From: Salpingoeca rosetta
Lineage: Eukaryota > Protista > Choanoflagellata
Length of the DNA stretch: 64,000 nucleotides
Assembly: GCA_033442325.1 (NCBI GenBank)
Contig: JAWQFM010000014.1
Span: 835,792-899,791, forward strand
Reading direction: 5' to 3'
A program made the position numbers and the translations under genes. This document shows, one piece after another, positions 1 through 11,708 of this stretch (its first letter is position 1; each line of letters opens with the position of its first letter). The notes beneath the pieces are model-generated. The model was not told the DNA's origin. It ran no database searches and was given only the letters and a program-made list of their open reading frames with translations.

Positions 1-851
1 GCCGCCAGCCTGCCGTCCTCAGCATCATCGACATCAGCGTCCATATCCTCGCTGCCCAAGCACCAGCTGGGCAATGGGCGCGCCACTTCCACCAGCAGCG
101 ATGTCACCACGGCCTCCCCTGTGACCAGCGCGCCCGAGAAGGATGATGGCAGCAATGGCGACAATGATGATGACGAGCAACAAGGCAAGAGGGCCAAGCT
201 CGAACGCGCAACCACATCACAACATCAGCAACAGCAGCAGCCTGCTGCTCTCGCAGCATCAACCACAGTAGGAGCCACAGATACCCCGCAGGAGGACCCG
301 CAAGAAGTGGCATTAATAAGGTGTGCGTATGCGTGTGCGTGTGCGTGTGCGTGTGCGTGTGTGTGTGTGTGTGTGCGTGTGTGCGTGTGTGTGTGCGTGC
401 GTGCGTGGCGTGTTTGTGAAGAGAATTTGTGTAGAGGATTTGTGTGTGTGAGTGAGTGATGCAGTGCAAGGCAACGTGGGAGATATATGTGTCAGCGAGT
501 GGGTGGGAGCGTGGTGCGTGTTGTGTGCGTGTGTGAACAGACAACACAACCTGTGAGTGGTATTGCGCACTCACCTGCTGACGCGCGTCGACGTTTGCTC
601 CGGCATGACCAGCTTGCCAGGGCCTGATTCGAAGCGACCAAAGCGTACAGAGGACACAGAGGACAACAGCAACAACGCCGATCAACGCAGCGCAACTGGC
701 ACGACTCTCAGCGACGATAACAGGAATACCAGCAAGGACACGCAACCGTCTTCTCCAAGAATACGACAACAAGAAGACAAGGAGCAGCAGCAACAGCAAC
801 CGCAAACAGAACAACAGCAACAACAACAACCTGAACAACAACCGCAAACAG

Positions 852-889
<38 letters not shown>

Positions 890-899
890 CCGCAAACAG

Positions 900-973
<74 letters not shown>

Positions 974-983
974 CCGCAAACAG

Positions 984-1021
<38 letters not shown>

Positions 1022-1859
1022 CCGCAAACAGAACAACAACCGCAAACAGAACAACAACCGCAAACAGAACAACATCACCACAAACAACAACCGCAGCAGC
1101 AGCCGCAACAACAACACGACGAGGCGGATGATAGCGCCGACGTACTGGCGAATGCACGAACTGTCGGCCAGGAGTTGAGTCGCACACAGTTGTCCCGGCG
1201 CTTCAACGAGCTGCGGTTTGGTGACAGGGTGAGTCCACACATTGGAGTTTCTGCTCTGACTTGCGTGTACCTGGCTGCTGGGTGCATGCGTGTTTAGACG
1301 TTCATTCTGCGTGAGCTTGTCCACTGACAACACATGCCAGATTGTGTGTGTGCGTGTGTGTGTGTGTTTGTGCACTTGTGTGTGCACGGTGGGAGAGTAC
1401 GCAGTGGATACCGCAGGGCTTGAACAGTGAACATGGTGGTGGTGGTGGTGGTGGTGGTGGTGGTGGTCGCGTAGTGAATTGTGTGCGCATGTGTGTGTGT
1501 GTGTGTGTGCATGCGTGTGCATAGCCATGATGGACTTACCTACTTCCTGACACATGCACTTGTCCATGGTATGCTCGTGCTCATGCTCATGCTCGTGCCC
1601 CACACAGGTGCGCTTGAAGCCCACTGGCACAGGCAGCAAATCGGACATCACTGTGAAGCGTCCGGAGCTGCTGGGCAAAGAAGGCACCATCATATCCGTG
1701 CCGACATACCCCACAACCTGGCTTACCATCAAGATCGACGAGACGTCCGAGTCCATCAAGGTAACGTGTCCATTTCCAGCCTCTCCGCCACCACCACTAG
1801 AAGTGCATGCATGCATGCATGCGTGCGTGCAAATGCATACACACCAACGCTTGCTCTCT

Positions 1860-1953
<94 letters not shown>

Positions 1954-4900
1954 CCCTCCCAATTACCCATTGTTCTCCTTTTTATCTCTGCTTGTTATTC
2001 GCCCCCGTTTGTTTGTTATTTGCTCTACAACTGAGGGGTATTGTTCAAGCCTCCACGGCAGCTTTCAGCTGACTCAGCATAACTCCACCACAGCTGTGGT
2101 TGGCAGCATGAACCTGACCCCATGTGCACACACGTGCGACGTCGCCCCTTTCTCTCTTCTTGTTCTGCCTGTTTTCCTGACCGTTCTTCCCCTTCTACAT
2201 ACACCCCTCTCCTTCCCTGGTCACTTGTCCCTCTCCCCCAAGTCTTTGTCCCCTCCTCTCGTTGTCTCAACCACACACTCTCGCACAAACAAGGTGCTGC
2301 TGAAGCAATCTCGCTTTCTCCCACCACGTCCACTGCACAATCTCTTCCCCCCGCTCTCTCTCTTTGACCCAATCATACTGACCAAAGACAAGACATGCTC
2401 GCCTCTCCCCCCTCCTTCCCTCCCTTGTCAGTTGGCGCTGAATTATGCTTGCTTCTTTGCAACCGTTGCGGTTGCTGTTGTTATCGCTGTTGCTCATTTC
2501 CATCTTCTCACCTTGTGCTCTTATGACCATCACCCACCAACCCACCCACCATGTGGCCGCCGCCCGCAATCTACCCTCCTGTGCCTGTCCGTGGACTGCG
2601 CCCCGGTTATGGCTCGCACCCGCCTCCCTCCCACGCGCCCGCTTTGCATCCCTCACCCTCCACGCACTTCACTGTGCTTCCTTCGTCTCACCACAACCCC
2701 CACCACTCAACACTTGCCACCAACCGCGTTTCCACCGTCATTCCCGTTCGTCCCTTTCCTGCTCCGCGTCCTGGGACCTCCTACTTTTACGCCGCCTATC
2801 GCGCACACCGCGCATCTGCTTTTATTTCGGTTTCTTCCTCTTCCTCCGTGCTTGCACGCACCGCTGTTCCCTCGCGCCGTGTTGGCAATGCTGCCAATCT
2901 TCGCCGTGTCAATTCTCGCCGTGCCTCGCGTGTGTTCTCGACTGCCCCATCGCGTTTCGTTCCCGTGCGCCGCCCAACACCAACCACAACATCTTCCGCT
3001 TCAACTGCGCCACTTGTCTCTCCTGATCCTCCTGCTGTTTCATCACATCTGATGGCATCTACTGTGGCGCCGTCTCTGCACATTCCACCTCATGTGACCT
3101 CCCCTTCTTCGGGGCCACCCTCGCCCGTGATGCGTGTGATGCCTTGCCGTCCACGAACACCGCCCCGTTTTGCATCCACGACAACTGGCTCCTCATCCCC
3201 TTGTGCTTCTACCCCGTCATCCCCCACCTCAATCACCGCCATTCCTTCTCCCTCCACTGCTGCCACTGCTCCCCCGCCGCGCACACGTCCTTCTTCGTTT
3301 TCTGCTGCTTCTTTTTCTGCTGCTTTGTTTTGTGCTGCCGCTGCCGCTGGTGCTTATCCCACTGATTTTCCTGCATCTTCCATACCCCTGCACCACCCAC
3401 CCATCTATGTTTACCCTACACCTACCCGCAATCCGCTCTTCCCCACCTTCCTCCCTCCCCACGTGCTCGCCCCTGTCCCTGCTCCTGCGCCTCCTCTACA
3501 ACGCGGCCCGCAGGTTCGCTCAAGCAACATCCGCCTCACCGACCCACGCCTTGCCAAGTACGTGCACACGGAGCGCCTTGCGCGCTCCATTTTCTTCAAC
3601 CAGCTGCGCGTCGGCCTTCGTGTGTATGTCCTGAACAAACCGCGCGACTCGTACCCGCAAGGCACCAACTTCAGCAAGCAAGGCCAGCTCGGCATCATCG
3701 AGAACATCCCAGAGTACCCCGGGTGCGTGCATGCAAACGCTTTCGAAGACGCGCGCGTGTGTATGTGTAAATGCACGCGTGTGTGTTTGTATGACTGTGT
3801 GTGCGTGTGAGAGTGTGTTTGTATGTGAGTGAGTGTGCGTGTGAGTGAGTGTGTGTGTGTGTGTGTGTGTGAACTGGAGATGTTTGCAGGCCTTTACACC
3901 CGGGTCTACTTCATATCTCCTCTTGATGACTGTCTGTTTTGTGTTGCTTGCTGCTTTATCTCTGCCCCTCTGTGTTGCGTGCTTGCATGCATGCATGCAT
4001 GCATGTATGCCTGCGCATGCCATATGCCCTCACGGTGCCAGCATGTCGCCCACAATCTCTTGGTCTCACCACGCCATGCTCCTGCGTGCCACTCAACGAT
4101 GCATTCTCCAACAGCACGTGGCTGACAGTGCGGCTGGACGGCAAGAACACGTCTGTCAAGGTTCGCTCCTCCCGAATCTCCATCGCCAATCCCGAGGACC
4201 TGCCCTCCGATCGTGAGCTGCGACTTGCGCTCGAGCGCGCGCGCCAGAAGGCCGAGGAAGCCCGCAAGCGCCCCGCACCATCAAGCGGCCGCAGGCGCCG
4301 CACACAGGGCGGCAACAGCGACAACGACGACGACGGTGGTGACAGCGGTGGCGACGAGGGTGGTGCTGCTGCGAACGGAGCTGCATCTGGACGTGCGCGC
4401 GGTCGTGGTCGGCGCAGCAGCGGTGGTCGTGGCCGTGGCCGTGGCCGTGGCCGTGGCCGTGGTAGCACGAAAAAGGGGCGTGCTGCTGTCCGTCGTCGGG
4501 CGAGTGAGCGAGGCCAGGCAGCTGTGGGCGCACCGGCGTCCTCTGCTCAGGGCCAGCCTCCAGCTGCTGCCACCGCCAGCAGCAGCGCCTACCCCGCCGA
4601 TGGAAACGTGAGCACTTCCTTCATGTGTCACGCTGTTGCTTCCACTGTGCTCAGCATGTGTCACGGCCATCTTTACTTGATTGATTGCACACCCTCAGCA
4701 CACGCTCACACCCGCTCACGCGACTCATCACCCGCTCACGCCATCTTGCAAACACACACATGTCACATCCCACGCTCACGTCACACGCTCACGCGTGTCA
4801 CAGATGGCGATGATGACGCAGCAGGTGATGATGGCGTACCAGCCATACACGATGCAGCAGTTGTCGCAGGTGTACCCAGGCATGAGCCATCAGATGTCGC

Positions 4901-6572
4901 CGTTTATGCCTCCTGGCTGGACTGTTCCTCCTCCCCAACAGGACGATCCGAACATGCATCACGCCTCGGTGCTGCCGCTGCCACAGCAGCCACAACAGCC
5001 ACAGCAGGCGGCTGAGCTTCACCAGGCTCCCCAGCATCAGGTGTCGCCACAGCACCAACGGACACCACCGCCGCCGCATCACATCCCGTCGCCGCCGCGT
5101 GGGGCTGTTCCCCACCCTGCAGCTGCCCATCTCCCGCCAGTGGGCATCTCGCCGCAGCGCCAGCAGCAGCACTCGCAACACCCCCACGTGCAAGGCTCGC
5201 CCCAGCACCACCGCCACCACCACCACCACCAGCAGCAGCAGCAGTACCAACAGCCACCACCACCGCATCAGCCTCCTCAAGCTCATCTTCACCATCCCCA
5301 CCATCATCAGCAACCGCCGCAGCAGCACACCTCGCCTCAGATGCCACAGCCAGACATGCACCCGCACCACGCCCCAGACAACTGTGAGTGAGGTTGCTCA
5401 CACACTGTGTGTGTGTGTGTGTTTGCATTGACGTTGGTTGTTGTCCTTGACGCGTGCTCATTGCGCTATTGCGTGCGTGTATATTCTGACTAACCCTCTC
5501 ACCACGCACCTCACAATGACCACGGCTTGCACTGCCATCCCCGTCTTCCAACAGACGTGCCCCCAAACCCGGCCATGCTGTCCCCACGTCGGCCCATGCC
5601 GCAGGACACCGCTCTTCTCTATTGCCGCGACATTGTCATGCCAGCCCTCATCAACCACCGCCTCTCCTGGCCGTTCCTCAACCCCATTCCCCAAGAACAC
5701 CTGGTGCGCGTGTGTGTATGTATATGTGTGTGTACGTGTGTGTGTGTGCCGTTTCGCGTGCAACATTTACTGTTCTTGTTGCTGCTTGCATTGTGTCTGT
5801 GTGACACCTCTGCCCACCACCTTTGCACAACTCACGTCCCTCTGCACACAACTCACGTCGCCGACCCACTCTGAACAGGAGCGGTTTGAGACCGCCCGCC
5901 AGCTGCAGGTTGCGTACAACACCAACACGCTGCCGAGCTTCAACTTGCTGCACAGCCGCATCCAGAGTGGCGCGTACACCAATGCCCTCTCCTTCATCAA
6001 CGACATTCGAGAGTGCGTTGGTCGCAGGGCTGGCGCGTGCTTGATATGTTGAGAGTGTGATGTGTGGTTTCTGTGCTGTGGTGGAATGTTGAATGTCACT
6101 TGTGCTTGCAAGCATCGTTTCATGCGCTCACAGCAAGACCCCCTCCTGTTGTTGCACTGTTTTGTGTGTTGCTGGGTGGCTGAACTTGCCTGTCCGTCCG
6201 TCTGCCTGCCTGACCACTCATCTTCGTCTGTGTCTCCCTGTGTCTTCAGGCTGTTCCGCGCGTGCTATCTCTACTTCTCTGCCGACCAGTCGTTCATGGA
6301 GCTTGTCATTGAGCTTGAGATTGTGCTCGACCACTGTCTCGCCCGCGCTCCAAGGGTGAGTAGTGAAACGCATGATGTGTGTGTGTGTGTGTGTGTGTTG
6401 TGTGTGTGTGTGTGTGTGTTGCGGTGTGGTGATGGTGCATCGTTACTTTCTTTTTTTCGCCACGTCTTCCTTGCTCACTCTGCTGGCCATTTGCTCCTCC
6501 CTTCCCACAAACTTCCCACCACAATCGCTTCAGGACATCATGACGGCATCGTCTGGCCCACACGAGATGTAA
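1..6572 (+). CDS. 5'-partial multi-exon gene: polyQ region, two tandem SH3/KOW-like repeats, RG-rich segment, Q/H/P-rich region, atypical C-terminal bromodomain
   Basis: Phase-compatible GT-AG exons <1-320, 613-1228, 1608-1760, 3514-3722, 4115-4607, 4804-5383, 5555-5703, 5879-6012, 6250-6355, 6534-6572 (TAA). The C-terminus reads LYCRDIVMPALINHRLSWPFLNPI...LPSFNLLHSRIQSGAYTNALSFINDIRELFRACYLYF...FMELVIELEIVLDHCLARAP, which follows the bromodomain helix pattern including the WPF motif. Confidence 0.8.
782..1115 (+). repeat. Coding (CAA)n polyglutamine array punctuated by CCGCAAACAGAA (PQTE) spacers
   Basis: Directly visible; translates as repeated Q(n)PQTEQ inside exon 613-1228. Confidence 0.95.
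1862..1950. repeat. Intronic (CT)n microsatellite
   Basis: About 90 nt of pure CT repeat in intron 1761-3513. Confidence 0.97.
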
Positions 6573-7305
6573 CTGCTGGAATGCGCCATCGGCACGTTCT
6601 CTCTTTCGGTGCTGCTGACAGGCACCCATGACAACCTGTCGATGACGCACCTGCGCTGCTCTACGTACACTGCGCTTGCTTCGGTCTGTCCTCGTGGTTT
6701 GACTGCTTCCCTCGTCTTTCGTTCTGTCTTTCCTTCCTTTATGGATGTGTGGTATTTGCGGCTGTGCTGCTTGACCTGCCCTCCCTCGTTCTCCCCTCCT
6801 TCCCCTTGTTTCATTCACTTTACTTCTTCCCCCTCTTTCTACCTGACCTACATGCCAACATGCTTGCTTGCTTGTGTCTTGTGTTTGTTGTGCACAACGT
6901 GTGTGTGTGAGGTTGTGTGTGAGTTCTTGAGCTCTCGTGTCGGCATGTTGTTGTCTGCCAGCTGGTAGCATGTTTTGGTGCACCACTTCGTCACACGTCA
7001 CACAACACACAAACTGTAAACCCTACCACCCGTTGGGATGACCACGATGAAGAGGGTGAAGCGGTGAAGGACAGGGAGCAGATGCAACGAGCTGGAGGTG
7101 TCAGGTCAGTGTGAGGTGACAGTGAGTGAGTGCACAGCTTGTGCTCTTCGCTCGGTCCACTGTCCTCCATTCCCCACTGCCGTTGCGGAATATTCGATGG
7201 AAGTGTTCATAACTTTCTACAATTCAAGGCACGAAAGCTGCTGTTGGTTGCTGCTGTGTCTTGTTTGACGACGAGTGGTGCAGTGGCAGCGGACGACAGG
7301 AGGAA

Positions 7306-9087
7306 ATGAGCTTTACATCGCGCCGTGTGCGGCGATTGCATGTTGGTGAAGCAATTCACCGCATGCAGGAGTTGCTCAAGCGCAGTCCCACAGCTCTTCC
7401 CTTTACAGACGTGAGTGATTCTGTTCGTTTGCTATATGTGTGTGTGTGCCATGTGTGTGAGTGTGCTTGTGCGTGAGTGAGTGTGCTTTGTGTGTGTGCT
7501 TTGTGTGTGTTTACGTGGTTGCGTTTGTGTATGAGTGTGCGTTTCTGTGCATGTATCCGTGTGTCTGTCCCTCTTTCTGTGCAAAAGTCTCGTGTTGGAC
7601 GCATTTTGCAGGCAGGCATTGGTCTCACATGGCCTTTTTTTGGCTCGCCATGCATTCCCGTTATGTGGTGCAGGTGTTGCAACAACTTGAGCTGACCGAG
7701 TACCCAGAACAACAGATTGAGAAGCTCAAGCACGAAATCAACGAGCGAGACTCAAAGCTGCACTTGGAGGTGAGCGTCAGTGTGAGCGTCGTGATGATCA
7801 CGAGCACGCACGGATCTGTTGCGTCCATGTTTCCAGAAGATGCTGGTGCTCACACGCATGCTTTGTCCCTGATTTGCGTGGGCGCATGAGCAGGATGGGT
7901 ATGTTGCATTTCAACCGACATATGACGTCAAGAACAAGCAAGAGCTGTTGGACAAGCTGAAAGAGTTTGATCAGAAGGGCCTCGGCGGCATGCGTGTTGA
8001 CGAGCTTGACGTATGTTCAGTGCTCTCTATCGTTGTTTTATTTCTGCAAGCGCTGTATGCCGCTGACTGATCCTTACTGACTGACTGACTGACTGACTGA
8101 CTGACTGACTGACTGACTGACTGACTGGATGACTGGATGACTGACTGACTGACTGACTGACTGGATGACTGGATGGCTGACCCACTGGCACACTCACCTT
8201 GTGTTTTACACCCATGTCACCCATGACACATACACACACACACACACACTCTCTCTCTCTTGCTTGATGTCCTTGTGGATAGGGGTCATACGATGGAGTG
8301 TTGTTGGATGTGGACGAGCTCAAGGCAAAGGATTTGGTGTACTGCATCCACAACAAGACGGATCGTGTAGATGTGCTTTTCTTCAAGGACCCGGCACTGC
8401 GGGTACACATTGACAAGGCAATTGTGAAGCGATGGCGCATGGGTAAGCAATGTCTGCAGCTGCATGTGAAAAGCCATCAGAGCACATGGCAGGGGAGGGC
8501 GGATTAGGTTGCATGTGCGAGGGGTGTGTGGGGTGATAGAGGGATGACAATGGAAGTGTGTTTGATTGATTGATTGATTGATTTGGGAGTGTGTGAGTGA
8601 GCCCAATTCATTTGCACCATACCAACGAGTGTGTTGTGTGTGTGTGTGTGTGTGCGTGTGTGTGTATGCTTTGCAGAGAGTGTTCAGGGCAAGACAGACA
8701 AGGAACTCAAGCAATATCTAATCAATGGTATGTCAGGCAGGCTTGAGCGCACTTGTGTGTGCGCATGTTGTGTCTGTGTTGTGTCTGTGTTGTGTTGTGC
8801 TGTGTTGCGCGTGTTGCATGGTATGTGCTGGTACTCCTTTCCCTCCCCTGCTCACTGACAGCACCATGCATGTGCCTTTGTCTGTGTTTCATTCGCCCGT
8901 GCTCTTGCGTCTTCTCCAGCCCAAATGAAGCCCCTACAAGTCGAGAAGATACCAAAGGTGCGACATGCTCGCTGCTGGCATTGCTATTGTGTGCGGTTGC
9001 TGTGTGCTGTTGGTGTTGTTCAACCTGCTTCTTCTTCTCCACCCAACGCACACACACACACACACATACACACACACACGCACACAC

Positions 9088-9139
<52 letters not shown>

Positions 9140-9348
9140 GCACACACACACACACACACACGCAGAAGCCCGTGGCGAAGGACGGGAAGAAGAAGCGGAG
9201 ACGACGGCGCGACGCAAAGCGGTCGCAGCGCGTGCTTGCGGGCGTGCACCAGTTCATCAACGCACCAAAGCCTGTCTCTTCACCGCCGCCATCATCGTCG
9301 TCTGCAGCGTCAGCGTCCTCGGCACAAGCAGCAAAGGCCAGCAAGTAG
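7306..9348 (+). CDS. GTF2E2: General transcription factor IIE subunit beta
   Basis: About 7 exons. The spliced product includes [69 protein letters not shown] and a basic tail [20 protein letters not shown]. These follow the TFIIE-beta motifs (FKPKYNV.DK..LL..L...DQRGLGG; LFFND....VDEEF.KLWR; HLAGV). ATG 7306, TAG 9346-9348. Confidence 0.9.
8077..8180. repeat. Intronic (CTGA)n/(CTGGATGA) tetranucleotide repeat
   Basis: Directly visible in a TFIIE-beta intron. Confidence 0.9.
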
Positions 9349-9366
9349 TGATCGCTGCACCGTCAA

Positions 9367-9406
<40 letters not shown>

Positions 9407-9725
9407 CCTTGGTTCATCAACATATGCGACTTGGCGTGTCACTATCTAATGTAAGCAATCGAGCAAGCAAGCAAGCAGAGTTGCAAGTGAAAGGTGCGAT
9501 GAAAGGTCGTTCGTGGAATCTCATTGTCGGAAACAACACACAAACACAAACACAAACGCCCAAGCCTAACTGACGACCTTGCAATCGTTGTGTTACATGT
9601 TCGGTGGGTGTGGCAGCAGCAGCAGTAGCAGCGTGCAGGTAAGGTCCCAGCCCGGCAGGAAAGAGAAGAAGGACAACAGCAGGAGATACAAGGGCAGCAG
9701 CAACAACCCCAGCAGCAGCAGCGCG

Positions 9726-11644
9726 ATGTTCAGGCGTAAACACCAAGAGGGCGGCGATGAAGCCAAGCAGTCGCAGCAGTCGCAGCACGGCGACGACGGC
9801 ACCATGGTGATGCCGACGGCAGTGGCAACGCACCTGTGGGAGGCCGACGTGGCCACCCTGGAGAAGGTGGGCGAGCTGTTCACGGATGTGGCGCCACACT
9901 GGCGGTTCGTCAACCACAGCAGCGGCGAGACCATCGCCCTGCGGCTGTTCCAGCAGGGCGAGGACGCACTGTACCTGAAGGAGCTTGGCGGCCCGCGGCA
10001 GGTGCGCGTGGACGACGCCTGGCTGGCCATCTCCGAGGACCCGGACGAGAAGTGGAACATGGCTCGCATGGGCCTGCGCCTGCGCTGGGGCGCCAACATC
10101 TGGGAAGGATCCTTCAACGAGGACAAGACGGTGTGGTCGAGCACAACCGGTTACCTGCGTCACTGCTCGGACAAGTACGTCTGGCGCGAGGTCCTGGGCA
10201 CGGGCAAGACTTTCACCTTTGTGGAGACACGGCGCGACGGCCCAGGCATCGTGCACCTCCACGACCCGTCCCGCCACCTCCACGTTCGCCTCACGCCGAC
10301 AGTGATGCAGTTCAACACGGCCATTGGCCAGGTTGGCCAGGAGTCGGAGTGGCAGGTCATCAAGCGCGGTGCGTGTGTTTGTTCATGCGTGTGTGTGTGC
10401 GTGTGTGTGTGGATGTATGTGTGTGTGTGGATGCATGTGTGTGTGGATGCATGTGTGTGTGTGTGTGTGCGTGTGTGTGTGTGTGTGTGCGTGTGTGTGT
10501 GTGCGTGTGTGTGTGTGTGTGCGTGCGTGTGTGTGTGTGTGTGGATGCATGTGTGTGTGTGTGTGTGTGTGCATGTTTGCTTGCCCCTGCTTGTGTACAT
10601 ATTCGCGTTCATCCATACCTGCCTGCATCTCCTGTGTGTATGTATCGTTCACTGAGAGCTCAGTCTGATCCCACCTCCCTTCCACTTCAACTCCAATACA
10701 CTCATCATATGCCGCGTGCTTCCGTGCTCACACCTCGCCCTCTCTCCCAATACCCACACGCCACCTCTGCGCACACACGCTCGCAGGCCACTGGACAGAT
10801 GACGGCGAGAGTGCCCTGACGCAGCAGCGGCTGGGCCAGATGTGCCTGTCCACGTGGTCTGTGGACGACGTATGCGACTTCTTCACCGCGCTCGGCCTCA
10901 AGACGTGCGTGCCAAAGGTGCGGCAGCTTTCGCTCGACGGCCTGACCCTGCAGCGCATCGACGACAGCGACCTGAAGGATGAGCTCGGTGTCACCAGCGG
11001 CATCCTCCGCAAGAAGGTGCTGGCCAACATATCACGCGCCGTGCACACCACCCAGTACGAGCAGCTTGCCCCGCGCCCCGCCACCGCCAGCAACGCTGGC
11101 ACCGGTCCTTCGGCCGTGTACACGGCAACGGTCAGGACCACCACGCCCGCAGCCCATCCGCCAAGCACAAAGGCGGCTGCACCAGCGCCACCACAGCCGG
11201 CATCGAGCGACGACAACAACGACGAGACCAGCGCAGGTATTGGCTCGCACGCGTCGCGTGTGGCGGCCAGCCAAGCCGCGCGCAGTGACGGGGACAGCGG
11301 CCGCGATGGTGCGACGAAGAAGGAGGGCACGGTGTTCCTGTCGTACACGTGGAAGTACCAGGAGCGAGTGCGCGCGGTTCGGGACAAGCTTGCGGACGAA
11401 GGGTACGCCACGTGGATGGACATCCAGCAGCTCTCTGGCGGGGACAACCTCCTTGCGCAAATTGATCACGGCATCCGCACGTCAGACGTGGTGGTCTCGT
11501 TTGTGAGCTCCGAGTACTCCAAGTCGGACTACTGCCGCAAGGAGGTGATGCTTGCTGAGAACCTGCAGAAGCCAATCCTCTGTGTTCTCGTGGAGCCCGC
11601 GCCGCGCATTCCCTGGCCGCCGACCGGCCCAAGTGAGCACTTTG

Positions 11645-11708
<64 letters not shown>

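Noticed and set aside
104-1816. 570-aa minus-strand ORF with a long poly-Leu stretch
   Set aside because: It is the antisense reading of the CAA polyQ exon and of GT-repeat introns of gene 1, with no domain content.
1481-3052. 523-aa plus-strand ORF
   Set aside because: It runs through GT and CT microsatellites and stop-poor pyrimidine-rich intron in a non-exon frame. Only its 3' part matters, as the frame entered if the 2431 acceptor is used.
6621-6909. A second AG-free, pyrimidine-rich stretch (about 290 nt) after the gene 1 stop
   Set aside because: Much shorter and not ending at a recognisable acceptor; probably 3' UTR composition. It is a caution that AG depletion is partly compositional at this locus.
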